Part shown: in pieces, positions 26,171 to 38,586 of the stretch
Position numbering within the stretch: the stretch's first letter is position 1
Layout of the letters: the number at the start of each line of letters is the position of its first letter
Assembly: GCA_964035545.1 (NCBI GenBank)
Contig: OZ037772.1
Location: 12,956,818 to 13,020,817 of the forward strand
From: Bugula neritina
Taxonomy: Eukaryota > Animalia > Bryozoa
Reading direction: 5' to 3'
DNA: 64,000 nucleotides
The notes under the pieces: model-generated
The model's database searches: none
What the model was told of the DNA's origin: nothing
The model's input: the letters and a program-made list of their open reading frames with translations, nothing else
Translations under genes and position numbers: made by a program

Positions 26171-28396
26171 CTCATGATAACCCATCTTACAGGATACATG
26201 CCAATACTTAGAATTGCACTTGACAGTTAATAATATTATTATCGTTATAATAGTAGTAATAATAGGTACTAATGGATAATAATTCAGTAAAATAATATTA
26301 ATATAAATATAACAAATACAATATAATAACAATTCAACAAAGTGCAACAAAATGAAAATTAAACTAAAATTGTTTCAATAATTACTAATTAGTAATAAAA
26401 GCAATATTACAATACTAATACTAATAGTAATACTTATAGTTATACTAATTGCAAAGCCAAATGCAATAATCATAATATTAAAAATATAAATATAAAATAG
26501 TAAGCAGTAAACTATTACTAATACGAATACTAATAGTTATTCATATTGAATTTCAATTTGATCTAAAAAGATGAATGAGCTGCATGATGGAAAATTTATT
26601 CAACTATCACTGCAACTATCACTATTACTATTAGTGTATTACTATTAGTATTACCATTAGTATTACATTTACTGTTACTCACTTACTGTTACTGTTAGCA
26701 CCACTGATAAAATATGATAATCAATCTTATAGTGATAGTCATACTCATAGGTCTATGTTAGTTTACTCATAGCAATACTGATATGAGCGTCATGGAGTGA
26801 GAGTCCGAAAGTTACCCAGTCATAGTGACTGTGGGCCCATACACTTACAGTTACAGTCATACTCATACTGATACTAATGACATGATAACACTAAGTTTAA
26901 CTTCAAGTTTAGGTTGATTACAAAACAGCAAATGCTGTAACTAGTGCTAACCCTGGTCTAATGTAAGTTTTCACTAGAGGCTTCCCTATAGACTTTCCAG
27001 TTGCTGCGGAAGTCCTACCTCAACTGAGGTAATAAACTGAGGTAATACTAATACTAATACTAATAGTAATAAACTTAACTCTTAGTCTTACGACGTCGAC
27101 AGTGACACGATCACTTTCAATTAAAACTTTACCTGGCATGTATGAGTTTGAAAGTTAAATTTAGCACAAGTTGACACCTCTCTTGTTGAAAATTGGAACA
27201 GTTGCCAAATATAAATATGCATGTCCGATACGTGAATACTTAAACTTTAAGAATGTGAAAATGCTCAGCGTGGTCAGTCCATCCGTGACTCCGCAGCTAC
27301 TGCGTCAAGTCGTCCATAGCAGGTCACGTGATTGGTGCGTTATACAGAGAACTTGCCGCAAGTGAGCTTCAGACTGCAGTGGATGTCGTAACGCCGTTAA
27401 AATGTTATGTGTGCACTTTATATTTTTAAATCTACGACGTTACTTTTATCAATTATTTACAATTGAAACAAAATATATCATTGCTATAATAAACTAAAGC
27501 TGTAACACAGAAACTTATTAGAATTAGTAATTATTGATGACGGATGAAGCAATAACAGTACTGAGACGTAAATTCTATAGAAAGAGCTTTTAGTAATGTA
27601 GATCCTAATTTAAGGTAATTACAACCGTTAGCCTTGAATACACTATCGTAAATGTAGTAGTCTTGTAATATCCTGTAATAATGCAAATTCATTTGGCTAC
27701 TTTTAGATCTGTGAGCTGCATGAGAAGAATCAAATGTCTTTTCAGCTAAAAATAGGCATAGTCATATTCAAGACAAGCCAACAACTCCTATGCTAGTTTT
27801 TTAAAAAAAATACATTCGCCTAATGCTCATCTTTTTTTTCAAAGTGAATAAATTGCATCTTAGCATTAGTATAGGGAAAATCTTGTGTATTTAAGAATTA
27901 GAAGCAGAGAGGAACATCTACGCATGATTTATATATTCTCAGAATACCTGATGATTTAAGAAACGTTCTTAAAGGCATTTACTCAAACCTCTGTCTTCAT
28001 TAGTGTAAAATACAAAAATCTTAAATTATGAAACAAAGCTTTAACATTATCATGGCAATATTATAGCCTGTGCATACATATCTAATAGAAACAGAAGACT
28101 AACCTATTTGTGCGTATAGTTACATTATATTTAAATTCACATGTGAAGGAGCACGGAATGCTTTCTTAGTTCCTGTACTAGCAGAAATATTTGTGCTGTA
28201 ATTGGCTAGAGTTTAGGAAAACTTAGATTTATTAGTAATTTTGTGATTTGAATAATACCACAAAATTAGTTTCTATGTAGCTTCATACTTCAGATTGCAA
28301 GCAATGACTGCATTGAAGCGTTATTTCTATGTTTATACAAAATTAGTGGGTAAAGCATGCATGCTCTATATGGGCCAAGTGAGATCGTGTTTTTAA

Positions 28397-31300
28397 GGCA
28401 GGACTCTGATTTTCCACTTGATTGGCCATATCTTGAAAAATAATAGCCCTACTGACCTCAAATTTTGATATGTTCCTAACCATGGGCCTACCCACACCCC
28501 CCCACAATTTCAGAGGTCAAGGTTAAATTATAGCGATTTTGGCCGGAGTGCACTAAAGAGTTATCTCCTCCTAGAATAATATTTCAATTCTGCTCCAACT
28601 CCACAATTTGAAGCAAAACATATTTATCTAGAACCCCTACCACATTTAGCCTTCTAGGTTTACTAGATAACAAGATCTATGCACTTTTCGCCGGAGTTCT
28701 AGATTTTTAGCAGGTACCATGTATTGAGATGACCATATCTTGAAACCTATTACATGCACATGCCCAATTCTGGTAGGGTTGCTAGATATACATTTAAGCA
28801 TATTATGTTCCAAATTTCATATGGGTAGGTCAAAAATTGTAGGAGGAGATAGAATTTTACTATCGTAGCAACCGAAAAAACATACAAATGAGAAAATTGA
28901 GGACGAAAATTCAATAAATTGAAATGACTATATCTTGAAACCTACAAGTTAAATATATATTATTTTGGCATGGTTGTTAGAAGCACATCTCATCATACTA
29001 TACTCCAAATTTCATAAAAATAGCATAAAACCTATAGGAGAAGCAATAATTTTACTACTGTAACAACCGAAAATACACAAATAAAAAATTCAATGACGAA
29101 AAATTTATCAATCGATATGATCTCATTTCAAAATCTTAGTTGTATTTGCATGATTTCAAAAGAAATTACAGAATAAATTATAAATTCAGTGAAGTTCTAT
29201 CTCCAGAAAACTCCAGTCTTGTAATACTTTGGCCAGACTGCTGGGCTTTGTGGCGGGAACTCACTATTATTAGAAGATCTTTTTGTGGGTATAAATGGCA
29301 AACTGCTTCACAATCAGTGTTCCTAAAACAAAGTAAACAGGTACAAAATCAGTACTATTATCATTGAATTATACGACAGAACAGCTGACAACAAAAATAA
29401 ACTTAGGTTTTTGCAAAATTTTCACTTTGGGGGCGAAGTAACAAAGTTAACTTATCTTCAAAGTTGAGGGTTTATTGAAATTTCATCTCTAAAAAGCTCC
29501 AGCTTGGTAGTCACTCCGGTCAGGTCGTCTGGCTATTGTTGCTCTTTGATAGGTGGCCCGTCTCTTGGAAGCCTTTATTCTCTGCAGATCTTTTTTGTGG
29601 GTGTGCATTACCAGCTGTTTTCCAATCGTTATTCCTAAAATATCATAAACAGCAGCAAGAGCAGTACTACCATCATTGAATTGTAAGACAGCACAGTTGA
29701 CAGCAAGTTCTAACCTAGGTTTCTGCACAAACTGCACTTTAGGGCAAAGTAACCAAATTATCCTATGAAAAGACTCGTTATTATTTTGTGTACCCCCATG
29801 CAAGCATTTTGAAAGCAGAGAATCGGCTGTAAGAGCTTCAAAAACCGGTTTTATCTCTTCTAGTACAAAAGGTGGGAGACTATTCGAATTACCATCACCA
29901 CTACCATTTACTGCCGGGCAAGAATTATCACATGAGCTATGATTCCTATTCCTATGATGCCATATTCTCCAAATGCTTGCTTTCATACCCTCTAAGTTTC
30001 CTACATTATTCCTAATAGCTGCTCCATAATGACCCTGAATTCTCTTTATAGCAGCTTTATGCAACTTACCACTACCTCCTATACCTTTATACTTACGGCC
30101 TTCCCAATAAAACTCTTTTCCCTTACATTGCTGCACTTTATCTAATAAAAGCTTGCCCATTCGCTTTTGCACATGACCTACGCATTCAAGTTTCTCAACA
30201 ACAACATCTGGGCCATAGGGTTGGGCCTTACTTACAGCACTATAAGACTTGGAGTCTCCATCCCCTAAATATTTTACAAACCGTACTCCTCTCTTTTCGA
30301 CTGACCTCCTGAAAATTCTAACCATACCTACCGGCTCCATACCACCAGCTGAACCCTCATGATTTTTGACACAACTATGCTCTGGTGGTATACTATCTTT
30401 ATGACTGGCACATGTAAAACAATAACTAGAGAGAACTTCAGTATCAACTACTTTACCTGGTTTTCCTACTGAATGGGTAATAACAGTAGCTACCCCATTC
30501 TTACTACTAAAGCCCCTACGCTGCCAGGTACCATCACAAGATACTGTTATATCACTACTGTTACTCATACTAGCAGCTTCCCTGGCAGCCTGGTCCATTG
30601 ACTTACTAGCTAGCTCCTTAGTAATGTTACCAAGTCGCTCTACATCCTTGGCCCACTCACTAAAAGCGACAGGTGGGGGCAAACCTAGATGAGCAGAAAT
30701 AGTTGCAGCAGTACTTCTATGCCCACCTGCCAAGGTTGTACCAAAAGCCAACCGAGTATTCAAAGAAAACCTATGATCTACATCACGATCACTCATTACA
30801 CTACTTTCAATAAGAACACCACAAACAGAACAGGTAAAATCAAAAGCTGGTACAATTCCACTATGGCATTTTACACTAATTCGCAAGGACATAGCAGGGT
30901 GATCTTTACAAGCAATACTACCAGATGACAACCTACCCATAAGTTCTAAAACTAACTTAGTCTGCACTATAATACTGTCAGGCTGAGAATTTGCAGAACT
31001 AAATAAGAAATTTGAAGTACTTAGCTGATCATTTAGTTTAGCAGAGCTGGCAGTTGCAGCAGGAGTAGTGCCGGTAACTGTAGGTGTAGCATCACTAGTC
31101 AGACTCAAAGAGCTGGAGGCAGTCGGTGGTATAAGTTGATGGTCAGATGCAGCAGACTGGGGCTCCAATTGAAAGTCCATAGTACTAACTGAAAAGCTTG
31201 TAGATGCACTTAGATGTGCAGTAGAGTTAGTTACATTAGTGTTACTAATAGTAGTAGCGATAACTGGCGTAGCGGTGCCGGCAATAGTAGTAGTAGTAGT

Positions 31301-32196
31301 AGTAATCGTCATGGGTGGTCTAGTAGTAGGCGTAGTTGTGGGCGTCGTTGCACTTGCAGTTGCAGGCGTCGTAGCACTTGCAGGCGTCGTAGTAGTAGTA
31401 CTAGTAGTAATATCTAGTACTGGGTCAGCTTTTCTGTACTGATTTCCTCGAAACTGCCTTTTTTTAACCTTAGGCATGTTTACTGTGTCTGTAGTATACG
31501 TGCTGCTATGTTAGAGACTTATATAACGAGTCGGTACGAATATAAATATTATGTAATATTACTAATGTCAAAATAAGTAAATCACGGCACTTCGTAAAAC
31601 AAAATGTTGATAAATATAAAGTCAAATATGTCTTCTCTTTATTTTCACCGGTTGTAGAAGATCTAGATGAAGGATTGATGGTAAATTATCAGATTGTTTT
31701 GGCAGTTTGGAATATTGCGTGTAGCTTCTTTGTTCGTTTTGGCAAACAGGATGTGCGTCACAGATCACGCGATAAGCACAGCCAATAAATGAAGTGAATC
31801 GCGGGTCACGGGGTCAGGGTAATAAAATCCGACAAAACTATGCTAAATCAATTATCTTTGTTTTGCCTCAATGCGCTTACTGAGAGGTGTTATACACTGC
31901 CCATTAGTAAAGTAGGCTTTTCTGAAACTAATGCTGTACAGTACAACTGAGAATGCCGAGTTGAAAACAGTTAACAATGGTGCTAAAGTTAGTGATTATG
32001 GCTGCATTTTTTTTGTTTTTCACACCAGTTGCAACAAAGGGGTAACTTTAAATACACAATTTTAATAGAAAGAAAAGTAGAATATCAAAAAGAATCACAT
32101 CACTCGAATCTGGAAATTTTAGAGTTTTTATGCATAGTAAAATCCAAATATGGCCAAATTGACCACAATTTCTTAATTTTTAATCATAGTCCTGCC
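28397..32196 (-). mobile_element. Full-length DNA transposon of Kolobok type (TTAA target duplication, GG...CC termini), 3.8 kb
   Basis: TTAA (28393-28396) + GGCAGGACTCTGATT ... AATCATAGTCCTGCC + TTAA (32197-32200), i.e. a 15-bp TIR with one mismatch. A subterminal TTGGCCATAT motif is present at both ends in inverted orientation. Encloses an intact DDE transposase ORF. Confidence 0.85.
29489..31477 (-). CDS. DDE transposase, 662 aa, of the family with DGTW/GDGD/TQNxNE motifs (often annotated Mutator-like; Kolobok-type by termini)
   Basis: Uninterrupted ORF with SCDGTWQRRGFSSKNG, YLGDGDSK, KLECVGHVQKR and HGGTQNNNES motifs, Cys/His clusters, an N-terminal basic NLS-like stretch and a Thr-rich spacer. 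Confidence 0.92.
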   Translation of the reverse strand: MPKVKKRQFRGNQYRKADPVLDITTSTTTTTPASATTPATASATTPTTTPTTRPPMTITTTTTTIAGTATPVIATTISNTNVTNSTAHLSASTSFSVSTMDFQLEPQSAASDHQLIPPTASSSLSLTSDATPTVTGTTPAATASSAKLNDQLSTSNFLFSSANSQPDSIIVQTKLVLELMGRLSSGSIACKDHPAMSLRISVKCHSGIVPAFDFTCSVCGVLIESSVMSDRDVDHRFSLNTRLAFGTTLAGGHRSTAATISAHLGLPPPVAFSEWAKDVERLGNITKELASKSMDQAAREAASMSNSSDITVSCDGTWQRRGFSSKNGVATVITHSVGKPGKVVDTEVLSSYCFTCASHKDSIPPEHSCVKNHEGSAGGMEPVGMVRIFRRSVEKRGVRFVKYLGDGDSKSYSAVSKAQPYGPDVVVEKLECVGHVQKRMGKLLLDKVQQCKGKEFYWEGRKYKGIGGSGKLHKAAIKRIQGHYGAAIRNNVGNLEGMKASIWRIWHHRNRNHSSCDNSCPAVNGSGDGNSNSLPPFVLEEIKPVFEALTADSLLSKCLHGGTQNNNESFHRIIWLLCPKVQFVQKPRLELAVNCAVLQFNDGSTALAAVYDILGITIGKQLVMHTHKKDLQRIKASKRRATYQRATIARRPDRSDYQAGAF

Positions 32197-33249
32197 TTAA
32201 TGCAGATCTATACCACGTTGTGAGTAAAGCTGCCACAGATTCTTTTAAAAATATATATTAGTTTACAGGAATTTTATGGTTTTCATAATCAGTGTTTGGT
32301 GTCTATGTAATCAAGAACGAAAGTAAAGAGCAAATAGCTGGACTCAGTGTCACAAAAGTATCACCTTTGGTCTTTCTATTTACACATTAAACACAACTAT
32401 GAGTTACAGAGCATTTACATGTCCTTTATTTTCACCTGAGCAAACGAAATATTTTGTTTATCGAGTGTAGTATGCAACTGATTTTACTGGCGTGTTACAT
32501 TGCAATAATTGGATTATTTTTGTATTATGACAGTACCAGCAGTGATGTACACTGTCTGGACCGTAGGCCAAGGGTGCGTCTTGCGACACTAAGTACGATT
32601 CTACTACATAACCTCAGCTGCATTAGAAAGTTGCCTGAACAACTTAGTCTGATATTTACCTTTTACGCAACTATATAAAGTTCGCTAGATGAATCGTGTG
32701 ATTAGTAACCGTGCGCTGTAAACACACTCTATCGTTGATGAGCGTCCCATCGCGACTAATTGATTCGTTTTTGCTTTGTAAACGGTGTGCAATTCACATT
32801 ACAGTTTTATAACATTGCAGAATTTATTTATATTGTAGCAAAAATTCATTAAATAATTCTTTTTATTTACATAAAATATAAAAATAAAATAATTTTGTTG
32901 TTTTTCTAATGAAAAAATAAAATTCAATACAACCATACGCATTAAATACCAAGGGAGATAAACCCTAAATGTTATTTATCATTTATATCACAAGTTTCAT
33001 TATTAAAAGAGTTGAGAATTTGATTTAAGTCAAGAAATAGCACGAAGATAAATCATTGCAGATGTATATAGTCACAATATCTTTGAGAGGCACTTTGTCA
33101 AACGGATTTTTCTTAATTAAGAAGAGTTGAACTTTTAAAAAGCCTTGAATGAACAGTCATTCTCTTTCACATGTACAAACATGGCTTTTTTTCAGCTTAT
33201 TGAAACTACCAGCTTATCTATAAGAGTATTGGAGATAAGTCACTTGTAC

Positions 33250-33475
33250 TGATTAGGTCACCTGTGCTAATTAGGTCACATGCACTAATTAGGTCACCTG
33301 TGCTAATTAGGTCACATGCACTAATCAGGTCACCTGTGCTAATTAAGTCACTTGTGCTAATTAGCACAAGTGACCTAATTGGGTCATATATACTACTCAG
33401 GTCACTTGTGCTAATTAGTTCATATATAGGCTACTAGTTAGGTTACATATACAAATTAAGTCACATGTATTAACT
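33250..33475. repeat. 18-bp tandem array containing TAATTAGGTCA, with an internal inversion/palindrome
   Basis: Units at 33250, 33268, 33286, 33304, 33322, 33340; palindrome GTCACTTGTGCTAATTAGCACAAGTGAC at about 33347-33374. Confidence 0.85.
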
Positions 33476-34295
33476 AGATACTGGTAACTGGTTACCTAAG
33501 AAATGAACGTGCAGGCAGATATTGACAAAACAACCCGTCAGGTTATGTATGAATACATCCTCTCATCACACACATAAATCTTAGGACGAGTTAACACCCA
33601 TAATCCTCTCTAATCCAACTGTAAGAGAAGCTGAGTAATGGTGTGAAGGATGAGCCCAACTGGTTGATATATTATATATTATATATACATGTAAGTATTA
33701 TACGTTATATACATTATATACTTGTCCTCAGGAGGCGCAGGTGTGTCTGCTGCATATATTTACCTGAAGGTTAGACTGCAGCTCCATACCAACAGGTAAG
33801 ATGTTATGTAACTTTATATACCAACAGGTAAGGTGTTGTATAACTTTATATACTATTTATATTAGAAATTGTTATTAATGTCTTACAATATTTGATGTAA
33901 TATAAAAACACATATATTAAAGTGTTACACCCCACTGCTTGAACAGTACTGCTAAACTATAATAATGTGTTACATGTATAAGTACTGCTAAACTTTATAA
34001 GTTGCTGTAATAGTAAGTCTTACTTTTGGTTCAATTGTTGCTGCTAAAGATTAGATGTTCACTTACAATGTATCACACTATGTGTCACAATGTATCACAC
34101 TATGTGTCACACTATAATGAGTCACACAATGTATCACACTATGTGTCACACAATGTATCACACTATGAGTCACACAATGTATCACACTATGTGTCACACT
34201 ATGAGTCACACAATGTATCACACTATGTGTCACACACTCAGTCACCATGTATATTAAGTGTGATATTGAAGAAGTTGCCTCCCCTGTAGCCCACC

Positions 34296-37200
34296 ATGAA
34301 CCTCTGTGTGATCACTCTGGTAATGCTGAGCTGGAGCTGTGGCCGTCTCACCGCCAAACCCATCGAAACAGGAAACCAAAGTGACTTGGCCGTAGCAGAG
34401 GAGATCAAGAGGGCTAGAGACGCACTCTTGTGGCTTCAGTTCTTCGAGTATGCAGAAAAGGTGGGTACGAGCTATCAATGCCCCTTCTTCACTAACAGTA
34501 ACAGTAGAAAGTGGCTGAGAAAACTCTTCTAGTGTTTTTTTACAAACTAATATTAATATTCCACTTTTAAACCGCAGAAGTTAAAGTTACAGTTGAGGCA
34601 GTTTATTTCAGTATGTATCACACAGTCCACAGGGTGGACCACAGAGCAGTTTATCTCAAAGGAGGAGGGGGTAGCGGACTGGTAGAATATGTAACAGTTT
34701 GACCTGATGCAGACTAAATCAATGAGATTATGTGTCATTAAAGGCCTCAACTATTCATTGGATTAAGTTATTAATCCACATATTATGCTAAGATCTCTTT
34801 AACGCACTTTGTATTTGAGGTTGGCACTGGATAGTGATTTATCTCAGGGGTAACCAGTTGGAGTAATTTCTAATATAATACAAGATTAATAACTCAAATC
34901 GCACCTTATCTTAGTATGACAAGTTTCGTGAATGGCACAAGCCTTAGAACAAAGGAACATTTTGCAGGGTGGTGTGTAACCCTACCCTGCTATTTTGCAT
35001 TAAAAGTTGCTATAGCCTACATATAAAAGTAATACATGGCTTTATTTTCTTGATAGTGATTTGCCTTCTCTATATAATTGTTTTATAGCAATCTTATTTG
35101 CCTAAAGGCATTCTTGCAGTGCCTTGAAAGTTCAGGCAATAAAGTCTATAATTAATCCATCTAATATTATATTTTAAAATCGGCACCTTGAAAGAATCTT
35201 CAGTGAAAAGAAATGTAAGAAAATTTACTTGTACTTTACAGCTACCTATGGATGGGCCAATTATCTATTACTTCTAGTTGACTATATCCTGTTGTTTCAA
35301 TACAACTTTACCTAATAATGACAAGATTAACACTTCTACATTGTTTGTATTATTTTGCTCCCTGCTAATCGATATTTATGACTGTATATTTTAATAATAT
35401 AAGCAAGATCTGTCATAACTTATGATATGATAGTGAAATAAGCAGAATGTACTTATAATACACAGGATGTGTTATATAGTTACTTATCAGCTTACAGAAT
35501 ATATAACAATAACATAGAAGCTGTACCAGTGCAGCTTGGCAGGTAAAAGTTTAGTAGAATAATTATACAATACTTTAGGCAGCTAATCATCTAGGTAATA
35601 ATGGCATCACATCCTCGATTACTTTACATAGCAACAGTATTGTCAAGTCACACCATAGATTAGCTCTGGTATTGCCTAGTCACACTGTAGATTAGCCCTG
35701 GTATTGTCTAGTCACACTGTTACAGCACTGAAGCTACACATCCTATGCGTCATGGCATTTCCTCTAAGGGTGCAGGTATTAAGGGATTAGAGACTTAGAG
35801 GGGATTACGGAGAGGATGTATGGATAGCTAAGTGTTTCATTCATTCAGTGCTAGTTAATCCAGAGTCTAGCTTTTAGCTGTGGAGTTACTGTGTTATACA
35901 CTACGATCCAGAGAGGGGGGCTACACACAGGGCCGCTACTCAAAAGCTAGCTTACATTGCTATGGAGTAACACGGAACTAATTGTCAATACTAAATACTC
36001 CTGTGTCAACTAAGCAGAAAATAAAACTATTACTTTAATAAAGTGCACTATTCCAACACATCTCAGCTAGTTGTTCATTATTAGTCTAGGTCTCTAAGAC
36101 TATTGAGCTCTAACTCAGCATCTACTGGTCTATGAACTAACCTGGCTGTTAGAGGTCTTTGTAACAAGACATTATGAACTTTCTGGTGTAACCTTGGAAT
36201 GACCTTGTAGAACGACACAGTGGAAGACTGTCTGAGCTGTGAGATAGAAGAGTGTGAGGAAGACTGTCTGGTCAAACTGAACAATATTCTCTCTCAGCCT
36301 CTCCGAGCCATGAAGGAGTTCTACAGGATCCACCCCTTGGATGGTGAATATTAATAAAATATTATATAGTATAGTATAGCATAGTATAGTATATAGTATA
36401 GTATAGTATAGTATAGTATAGTATAGTATAGTATATAGTATAGTATAGTATAGTATAGTATAGTATAGTATAGTATAGTATAGTATATAGTATATAGTAT
36501 AGTATAGTATATAGTATAGTATAGTATAATATAGTATATAGTATAGTATAGTATAGTATATAGTATAATATAGTATAGTGTATACTATATTATATAGTAT
36601 ATATTCATCAGGTAATTTGACCGAAGAGGTACTTGAGAAGATGTCAGAGTACAGATGCAAGGAAAAGGACATACCAGAAGCTGATGACATCACCAATGTC
36701 AAGGTCGCTGACGACAAAGCAGAAGATCACGTGAGAAGGAAGAGATACACACGGCTGGCAAATCAACGCTGGGATCTGCAGAGAACGCCTGTACTCACCA
36801 TCAGCTTCCTGGATTATCTGCAGAAGTTCACTCCAGCTCAGCAGGAGCAGATCGCTGCAGAGTGTGCCACGGTAAGTTCCGTCAACTAATAGCACTTCCC
36901 GCAGCTTCTGGTTAAACAGGTAGACGTTTAGAGAGTTGTCTCTGCTTATGGCATTGCATATTGGTTTGTGAGTTAGCTTCAAGTAACTAATATTAATGAG
37001 CAGTTAACTATTCGATTTTACAGCTGTGGGCAAAGCCGTCTGGCCTGGCCTTCCAAATCAAGCCCTACAGTGGCACCACCAACATTGGAATCAGTCACAC
37101 ATACATTGACGGTCCCTACAACTCTCTGGGAAGTGGCATGTCCCCCATGCCCTACTCTAATGGCTACTCCTTCCTCAAGTTAGACCGAGCTGAACCCTGG

Positions 37201-38586
37201 AAACTACGGAATTCCTCTCCAGGGCAAGGTAAGCACAACTCCTAACTGACCGAAGTTTTCAGATTATACAAAAGCTAGTAAAAGACACAGGTGCTCACCT
37301 ATCTCCGCTTTGTACTCTTAGGGTATGGGTAGTAATTGGCACACATGGGAAACCTTATTAAATATCTTGTGTCTGTAATCTATGTCACTTAAATTAAAAA
37401 GAATTACCCAAATTTCAAAATAATTTAGATTATTCTACATGATATAAAGAACTGTAATCACTAATAGAACTAGAAGACATAGTACCTTTACAATTCCTTA
37501 TGGTATCTGTTGTCAGGGGTCTCATTGAAGTGGGCCATGTGCCATGAAATGGGACACAACCTTGACTTTGGTCACAGTCAGGATAGGAACTCTATCATGT
37601 ACCCCTCGGCTGGCTACGGTCTGGAGCAGTTATCTCCTCGTGATGTCCAGGGGGTCGTAAATCTCTATGGTAGAGCTAATGGAAAGGTTTGTTCATATGT
37701 TATGATCTGAAGGTAATGTTTCATGATGCTTAATACGTCATTTGTAAGCACAATTCAAATATCAATTATTTTATAATCTGTTTTAAATCAAAATAATGTC
37801 CATTAAGCAAATATTTTTATTATTATTATTTAAAAGTTCACATAATATTGATATCTTAAGATTATAATTCTAATAATAATGTAAGTGGTGATAGGCTGCA
37901 TCAGTTAGTAGAGTTTTTCTATTGGGTAGGAGAAAGACTTCCCAAATCACACATAAACACCTGATCTATCCCTAACAATGATGTCTATTTGATACAGTCG
38001 CTTTCTGAGTATTTAACCCAGTTATAGCTGCTCTTGAATGTTGTGCAGAAGAACATCATGTTCCAGTTGGTTTTAGTATAGTTTCTATTTATAGATGGTG
38101 CTCCTATTTATAGATGGTGCTTCTATTTATAGATGGTGCTCCTATTTATAGATGGTGCTTCTATTTATAGATGGTTTCTATTTTTAGACAGTTGTTGGAG
38201 CAGCAGTACAGCCAGAGCCAGTAATGAGAGCCAATCTGGGGCCAGCGTTCAGGTCTGCTCCTAGACAAGTCCAAAGGCCTGCTCCTAGACAAGTCCAAAG
38301 GCCTGCTCCAAGGCCGACTTTCCAGAGCCGTCAGCCGGTTCCTCGTCCAGTACCTCAGCCGGCTCCTAGAGTGGCGCCCACCAGAGTTTCAGATAAGAGG
38401 AGAGAAATGGAAGCTGCCATGAGACAGAGACAGAAGTTGAAGCAGAGGAGACAAGACAAGAGACAGAGTAGCAGACGGTCCAGAGCCAAGTCTAGACGGG
38501 GGACAGTTGACGAGCCCCAGTTCTCATCACGTGGTACAGCACCGCCTGGACACGAGCCCAACTTTCGACCTAGACGGAGCCTATAG
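34296..38586 (+). CDS. Atypical matrix metalloproteinase (M10A/matrixin-like) without hemopexin domain, about 414 aa
   Basis: Exons 34296-34460, 36298-36343, 36612-36871, 37024-37228, 37517-37686, 38188-38586 are in frame (a small extra exon near 34626-34670 is possible). Features: Kozak CCACCATG, signal peptide, propeptide ending ...MSEYRCKEKD, furin site RRKR, HEMGHNLDFGHS zinc motif, SIMYP Met-turn and DVQGVVNLYG helix. 5' UTR exon donor at about 33795. Confidence 0.88.
36365..36600. repeat. (TATAG)n pentanucleotide repeat in an MMP intron
   Basis: Visible array. Confidence 0.95.

Noticed and set aside
28393-32200. piggyBac or Mutator assignment for the transposon
   Set aside because: Termini are GG...CC rather than piggyBac CC...GG and the enzyme motifs differ; the 4-bp TTAA TSD does not fit Mutator.
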